Assembly (NCBI GenBank): GCA_028865615.1
Contig: JAGWJT010000003.1
Coordinates: 1 to 39,376 of the forward strand
Direction of reading: 5' to 3'
Origin: Patescibacteria group bacterium
GTDB taxonomy: Bacteria > Patescibacteriota > Minisyncoccia > Phycocordibacterales > PALSA-1337
Length of the DNA: 39,376 bases
Shown: positions 34,092 to 39,376 of the stretch, piece by piece
Numbering within the stretch: position 1 is the stretch's first letter
Layout: every line of letters starts with the position of its first letter
Made by a program: the position numbers and the translations under genes
The notes under the pieces: model-generated
The model's database searches: none
The model's input: the letters and a program-made list of their open reading frames with translations, nothing else
Told to the model about the DNA's origin: nothing

Positions 34092-34239
34092 GTCAGCAAT
34101 CATCTTCATACGTCATTGCGACACATCTTTCGTCGCTTGTGAGCTTGTGCGGTTTCCGGCGAGGAGTATAATTTTGTCACCTGCCAAATATTACCAGTGC
34201 GCATACCGTTGCATGCGTGGATGTTTAACGCACAATAAC

Positions 34240-34617
34240 ATGAAAGATCAAATAGAATTACCAGAAATAACCGTGGATCAATTGGCCGAAGCAGTGGCTA
34301 GGGGTTTTCGGGAAACTGACAGACAATTTGCCGCTGTCAACGTCAGATTCGACGATCTTGAATTGCGGTTTGATAGCCTTGAATCAAGGTTCGACAAACT
34401 CGAGACTAGATTTGATGGACTCGAATTGCGATTCGATAACCTCGAATCCAGATTCGATAGATTAGAAGTTAGATTTGATAGCTTCGAATCCAGGTTCGAC
34501 AGCTTTGAGAATGAGATGAGAAAGAGCGTCAAAGATATATGCGCCAGCGTCGAAGCCATGAAAAGCCACGTTGTAACGCGTCTGCACAGAGTGGAACGCA
34601 AATTGCAATTAGCTTAA
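34240..34617 (+). CDS. Small coiled-coil protein with heptad repeats
   Basis: About eight RFDx(L/F)Ex units with diverged codons; ATG 34240 after an A-rich leader. Confidence 0.75.
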   Translation: MKDQIELPEITVDQLAEAVARGFRETDRQFAAVNVRFDDLELRFDSLESRFDKLETRFDGLELRFDNLESRFDRLEVRFDSFESRFDSFENEMRKSVKDICASVEAMKSHVVTRLHRVERKLQLA

Positions 34618-34696
34618 GGCATCCGACATTACGCGGCGATAACATGGCGATGACGCAGTGATTCCCAATGAGCCGCCGGCGTGGTACATTCATGCC

Positions 34697-35965
34697 ATGA
34701 AGTTCAACAAGACGACCCTGTCGAGCGGTCTGCGGCTGGTGACCATACCCATGCCGGACAACCCGTCCGTGACCGTCCTCGTCATGGTCGAGGCCGGGTC
34801 GAAGTATGAGACCAAAGCCGAGAGCGGCATGTCGCATTTCCTCGAGCACATGGTCTTCAAAGGCACGCCCAAGCGGCCCAAGGCCAGCGACATTTCGCGT
34901 GAGCTAGATTCTATAGGCGCCCAGTACAATGCCTTTACTGCCCAGGAATTCACGGGCTATTACGCCAAGGCCGATGCCAGGCATTTGGATATCATACTGG
35001 ACGTTATATCCGATCTGTACCAAAATCCGCTCTTCGACGAGAAGGAGATGGAAAAGGAGAAAGGCGTCATCGTAGAAGAGATCAAGATGTATCGCGATCT
35101 GCCGCAAAAGCACGTACAGGACGTGCTCATGGAGCTGGTCTATGGCGACCAGCCGTCAGGCTGGAATATCGCCGGTACGGAAGAGAACGTCAGATCGTTC
35201 AGCCGGGCGGCATTGTCCGATTATCGTTCCAGGCACTATGTAGCGCCGGCTACGGTAGTATTCGTAGCCGGTTCATTTGATGAGCAGGCTATAGCCGTGA
35301 AGGTCAGAGCCGCTTTCAATGGATTGGATGACGGAAGCAAGGCCGGCAAACCGTCGGTATCGGAAGCGCAGGACAGGCCGGCCATCAGGATCGAAGCGAA
35401 AGAGACCGATCAGACCCATTTGGTATTCGGTTTCAGGTCATTCCCGATCAAGGATCCGCGCATGCCCGCCATGCAAGTCCTGTCCGGCGTCCTCGGCGCC
35501 GGCATGAGCTCCCGCTTGTTCTCGAAGATGAGGGACGAGCTCGGCATATGCTATTACATCCGGGCCGCCAATGATCCGTTCACTGATCATGGCCTTTTCA
35601 CCATATCTGCCGGCGTGGACAATGCCAGGGTAGGAGAAGCCATAAGGGAGATCTTGCAAGAATGCATCCGCTTGAAAACCGAGCTTGTTCCCGAAGCGGA
35701 GCTCCGGAAGGTGAAAGATTACTTGGCTGGCACGACTATGCTGGAGTTGGAGACCTCGGAGGCGCGCGCCGAATTTGCCGGCTACCAAGAGATACTGAAA
35801 GGCTCCATAGAGATGCCGGATGCCGTCATATCAAAGATAAAGACCGTAACGGCCGCGGAAGTGACGGCGCTGGCAAAAGACCTATTCAAGGAAGAAAGGC
35901 TCAATCTGGCCATGGTCGGGCGGGCCAAAACCGCGGACATCGAAGGCCTTTTGAGATTGTCTTAG
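34697..35965 (+). CDS. M16 (pitrilysin/insulinase) family zinc peptidase
   Basis: HFLEHMVFKGT, YNAFT..E.T.YY, EKGVIVEE, MSSRLF..MRDELG. Confidence 0.95.
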   Translation: MKFNKTTLSSGLRLVTIPMPDNPSVTVLVMVEAGSKYETKAESGMSHFLEHMVFKGTPKRPKASDISRELDSIGAQYNAFTAQEFTGYYAKADARHLDIILDVISDLYQNPLFDEKEMEKEKGVIVEEIKMYRDLPQKHVQDVLMELVYGDQPSGWNIAGTEENVRSFSRAALSDYRSRHYVAPATVVFVAGSFDEQAIAVKVRAAFNGLDDGSKAGKPSVSEAQDRPAIRIEAKETDQTHLVFGFRSFPIKDPRMPAMQVLSGVLGAGMSSRLFSKMRDELGICYYIRAANDPFTDHGLFTISAGVDNARVGEAIREILQECIRLKTELVPEAELRKVKDYLAGTTMLELETSEARAEFAGYQEILKGSIEMPDAVISKIKTVTAAEVTALAKDLFKEERLNLAMVGRAKTADIEGLLRLS

Positions 35966-35983
35966 ATGCGCTACAATAGCCTC

Positions 35984-37069
35984 ATGTCAGAGACCTCTCC
36001 CAACCGAACCATCATATCGACCGGGACGATAGTCAGGTTCTTCCTTATCGGTGTGTTGCTCTTGGCTCTTTACTATATATCCGATGTCGTGCTTGTTGTA
36101 GTCGCCGCTATCGTCTTTGCTTCCGCCATAGAGCCTATGATACGCCGTCTGGTCCGGTATCGTATCCATAGAGTCATAGCCGCCATCCTCATATATGTGG
36201 TCATCGCCGCTATATTGGCCGGTCTGCTCATATTCTTTGTGCCTATAGTAGCCAATGACGCCATATCCTTCTTGAGCAATATACCCAGGACCATATCGGT
36301 CGAGTATCTATGGAGCCCTATCAGGGACATCGGTACGACCATAGGCTCGTCGAGCATCGGTCCCAATACCATATCAATCGGCGATTTCGTGAGCGGCTTG
36401 CGCTCGCTCCTCGTAGGCACGTCGAGCGGAGCTTTCCAGACGGCCAGCTTCATATTTGGCGGCGTGCTCGGATTTATCCTGATCGTGGTATTGTCGTTCT
36501 ATCTGGCGGTACAGGAAGAAGGCGTGGCGGATTTTCTCCGCATAGTCACGCCCGTCAAACATCATGACTACATCATCGATCTCTGGCGCAGGTCGCAGAG
36601 GAAGATAGGCTACTGGCTTCAGGGACAGATACTCCTAGGTCTTGTCGTGGGGGTGCTTGTCTACCTGGTCCTTATGATAGTGGGCATACCATACGCTCTG
36701 GTTTTGGCTCTCCTGGCGGCGGTATTTGAGATCATACCGGTCTTTGGTCCGGTCATATCTTCCGTGCCGGCCATATTGATAGCCTTTGCGGACAAAGGAG
36801 TGGGCACCGGCCTCTTGCTCATCGGCCTTTATATCATCATATATCAGTTCGAGAGCCAGCTGTTCTATCCTTTGGTGGTCAAGAAGATAGTGGGCATATC
36901 GCCTATAGTGGTCATCCTGGCGTTGGTCATAGGGGCCAAGCTCGCGGGTATCCTGGGGGCCATCATAGCCGTGCCTTTGTCGGCCGCCCTCATGGAATAT
37001 CTGCATGACATAGAGAAATACAAGAAAGCGGAGATCGCGGAGAGGATGACGATAGGGAAATCCGGTTGA
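35984..37069 (+). CDS. AI-2E family transporter
   Basis: Multi-TM protein; WLQGQ, IIPVFGP, QFESQLFYP, GAIIAVP. Confidence 0.9.
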   Translation: MSETSPNRTIISTGTIVRFFLIGVLLLALYYISDVVLVVVAAIVFASAIEPMIRRLVRYRIHRVIAAILIYVVIAAILAGLLIFFVPIVANDAISFLSNIPRTISVEYLWSPIRDIGTTIGSSSIGPNTISIGDFVSGLRSLLVGTSSGAFQTASFIFGGVLGFILIVVLSFYLAVQEEGVADFLRIVTPVKHHDYIIDLWRRSQRKIGYWLQGQILLGLVVGVLVYLVLMIVGIPYALVLALLAAVFEIIPVFGPVISSVPAILIAFADKGVGTGLLLIGLYIIIYQFESQLFYPLVVKKIVGISPIVVILALVIGAKLAGILGAIIAVPLSAALMEYLHDIEKYKKAEIAERMTIGKSG

Positions 37070-37153
37070 TGCCGTGGACAAGGCATCCGTGGCCGGATTA
37101 TTCATGTCGCAGACGATTGCCGATAACCGGCTTTGGCTGTACACTGGCAAAAC

Positions 37154-38629
37154 ATGAGCCACATCAATCGAAACGAGGGACAGAAATTCTATGTCACAAC
37201 CCCGATATTTTATCCCAATGCCAAATTGCACATGGGGCATGCTTATTCTGCGACGATTTCTGATATATTTGCTAGATATAGCAGATTGCTAGGCAAAGAC
37301 ACCTATTTTCTTACAGGGTCGGATGAGAACACGGAAAAAGCAGTCAGGGCCGCTGCCGGCGCCGGACAGCAAGTCTTCCCGTATCTCGACGGCATAATAG
37401 GCGGTTTCAAAAACCTATATAAGAGGCTGGATATCTCATACGACCAATTTATACGCACGACCGACAAAGACAATCACTGGCCCGGTGTCGAAGCGTTCTG
37501 GAAAAGGATGGTTGACTCCGGGGATATAGAAAAGCGGTCTTATGAAGGCCTGTATTGTGTCGGTCATGAATCGTTCATCACGGAGAAAGATCTTGTTGAC
37601 GGCAAATGTCCGGATCATAGGGAAACGCCCCAGCGCATAAAAGAGGAGAATTATTTCTTCATATTGTCCAGATACGCGGACAAGATACGGGATATCATTG
37701 CATCCGATGCCATACGTATAGTTCCGACTTCCAGGAAAAATGAGATCCTGGCTCTTTTGAAGGACGGATTAGAGGATGTAAGTTTTTCCAGGCCGGCCGA
37801 CAAGATGACTCTCGGCATCCCTGTGCCGGGGGATAATACTCAAAAGATATATGTCTGGGGAGATGCCCTTACGAACTACTTGACCGCTCTGGGGTTTGGC
37901 AGGAAAGATCATGCTTTGTACGACAGATTCTGGCCGGCCGACCTGCATGTCATAGGCAAAGACATCTTACGCTTCCATGCCGCAATATGGCCAGGTATGC
38001 TTCTATCCGCCGGGTTGCCTTTGCCGAAGAATATACTTGTGCACGGGCTCATCACCTCCGGTGGCCTAAAGATGTCAAAAACTCTCGGCAATGTGATAGA
38101 TCCGGTCCGGCTCATCGATGAATATGGAGCGGATGCGGTCAGATATTTCGTAGCCAGGCACATATCGCCGTTTGAAGATGGAGATATGACCATGGATTCT
38201 TTCAAAGAAGCCTACAATGCCGGTTTGGCCAATGGCATAGGCAACTTGGTCAGCCGCATTCTCAAGCTTACAAGCGATCACCGCGTGTCTTCGGATCTGC
38301 CGTCGAAAGAGGATGTCTTTGCGGATGAGACCGTACAGTCATACGCCCAAAGCTTCGATGAGTTCGACATCCAGAAAGCCTGCAACCATATATGGACCAG
38401 GATCGCTTCAATGGACAGGGAAATACAGGAGACCCAACCGTTCAAATTGGTCAAATCCGCCGACGCCGCTTCAGCGGCAAGAGGGAAGGCCATACTGTCC
38501 AAGCTTTACAGAGAATTATGGATCGTGGCAGTGCTTCTTGAACCCATCATACCGGCGACGGCCGCAACGATCCAAGGTCTGATAAGGAGCAACAAAATGC
38601 CGTCTGCGCCGCTTTTCGCTAGGAAATAA
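37154..38629 (+). CDS. metG: Methionine--tRNA ligase (short form)
   Basis: FYVTTPIFYPNAKLHMGH, FIRTT, IYVWGDAL.NY, GKDILRFH, KMSKTLGN. ATG 37154. Confidence 0.97.
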   Translation: MSHINRNEGQKFYVTTPIFYPNAKLHMGHAYSATISDIFARYSRLLGKDTYFLTGSDENTEKAVRAAAGAGQQVFPYLDGIIGGFKNLYKRLDISYDQFIRTTDKDNHWPGVEAFWKRMVDSGDIEKRSYEGLYCVGHESFITEKDLVDGKCPDHRETPQRIKEENYFFILSRYADKIRDIIASDAIRIVPTSRKNEILALLKDGLEDVSFSRPADKMTLGIPVPGDNTQKIYVWGDALTNYLTALGFGRKDHALYDRFWPADLHVIGKDILRFHAAIWPGMLLSAGLPLPKNILVHGLITSGGLKMSKTLGNVIDPVRLIDEYGADAVRYFVARHISPFEDGDMTMDSFKEAYNAGLANGIGNLVSRILKLTSDHRVSSDLPSKEDVFADETVQSYAQSFDEFDIQKACNHIWTRIASMDREIQETQPFKLVKSADAASAARGKAILSKLYRELWIVAVLLEPIIPATAATIQGLIRSNKMPSAPLFARK

Positions 38630-38647
38630 GCCGCCGTTTTCTTCATT

Positions 38648-38687
38648 CGGATTTGAGACTTTTTTTATCCGGATTTGAGACTTTTTT
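38648..38687. repeat. 18-bp direct repeat with 22-bp period
   Basis: CGGATTTGAGACTTTTTT at 38648-38665 and 38670-38687. Confidence 0.85.
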
Positions 38688-38885
38688 GAACGTTTCTTGA
38701 GCTTTGCCGTGATATCCTTGCCATGCCTCGCCGCTATGCTCTTGCGGAAGAGCCATTGCCGTGGTAGTCTCGTGCCATAGCATCGATTAACAATTAATCG
38801 CAGTAAGCCCTCCACTGCCTCTGCCGCGGCGGAAGCAGTGGGGGTCCTGTCGATCCATTTCGATGGGCCGCTGACTGCAAAAAAC

Positions 38886-39376
38886 ATGAACGAGACAGAC
38901 AAAGATAAGACGTCGATCTATGAGATCGGCTATCTGATAGCAGGAGTACCGGAAGAGCGTGTCACTGCCGAGGCGGACGCCATAAGGAGCGCCGTATCTG
39001 CCGCCGGCGCATCTATCATGGCGGAAGAAACGCCCAAGCATGAACGCCTGGCTTATACCATGCGCAAGAAGACCATGTCCGGTTCTTATGACAAGTTCGA
39101 TTCGGCCCATTTCGGCTGGCTCAAATTCGAGGCCGTTTCCGACAAGGTCGAAGCTTTGAAGAAGCAGATCGAGGCCATGCCCGCCGTCCTGCGCATGCTC
39201 CTCATATCGACGGTCAGAGAAAATACATATCTTGGCAAGCATGCCCCGGTCGTTTCCGCCATAGGATCGAGGAGACAAGCTTTTGCTCCGGCCGACAAGG
39301 TCCAGAGCGATCCTGTAGAGGCGGGCGTACCGGCACCGGCAGCCTCCGTAGAGGAGATGGACAAGAGCATTGACGA
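38886..39376 (+). CDS. rpsF: 30S ribosomal protein S6 (3' truncated; absent from the ORF track)
   Basis: Manual translation MNETDKDKTSIYEIGYLI...RLAYTMRK...AHFGWLKF...AVLRMLLI; frame open to the window end. Confidence 0.9.
   Translation, partial: MNETDKDKTSIYEIGYLIAGVPEERVTAEADAIRSAVSAAGASIMAEETPKHERLAYTMRKKTMSGSYDKFDSAHFGWLKFEAVSDKVEALKKQIEAMPAVLRMLLISTVRENTYLGKHAPVVSAIGSRRQAFAPADKVQSDPVEAGVPAPAASVEEMDKSID

Noticed and set aside
34339-34512. 21-bp periodic repeats as a possible CRISPR array or DNA-level repeat
   Set aside because: No spacers and no cas genes; codons vary while the RFDxLEx peptide is kept, so it is a protein coiled-coil repeat.
38787-39370. Minus-strand ORFs 38787-39278 and 39086-39370
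   Set aside because: Antisense shadows of the + strand rpsF.
1-39376. Prophage, IS, integron, DGR or retron
   Set aside because: No integrase, transposase, reverse transcriptase or phage structural gene is recognisable in the window.

Overview
Bacterial chromosomal segment, inferred to be Patescibacteria/CPR (Parcubacteria-like): secE-nusG-rplK is not followed by rplA, most genes lack a Shine-Dalgarno and have a -10 box 6-8 nt before the start, and several exported proteins carry CPR-style motifs. Almost all genes are on the + strand. In order: an AT-richer accessory block (TspO fusion, DUF488, Mug-type uracil glycosylase, FNR-like reductase); DsbA-VKOR; a SAM methyltransferase; two exported proteins, one a 1691-aa protease/hydrolase/Ig/FN3 mosaic; folD, SIMPL, secE-nusG-rplK; a thymidylate/one-carbon cluster (DHFR, CYTH, dcd, thyA, tmk, glyA) interrupted by a RelE-type toxin-antitoxin (TA) pair; argS, a second TA pair, ileS with an inserted histidine-phosphatase domain, recO, glyQS, housekeeping genes, metG and a truncated rpsF. 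The best leads are: (1) 104-125 bp palindromic elements, one inserted in frame in folD; (2) 7-bp tandem repeats written in frame into argS/ileS, one with an inverted partner; (3) promoter-to-terminator structured RNAs without ORFs, including one before glyQS with a tRNA-Gly(UCC)-like anticodon loop; (4) a CYTH enzyme at the missing dUTPase step of the thymidylate pathway. All calls are by eye; no searches or folding programs were run.
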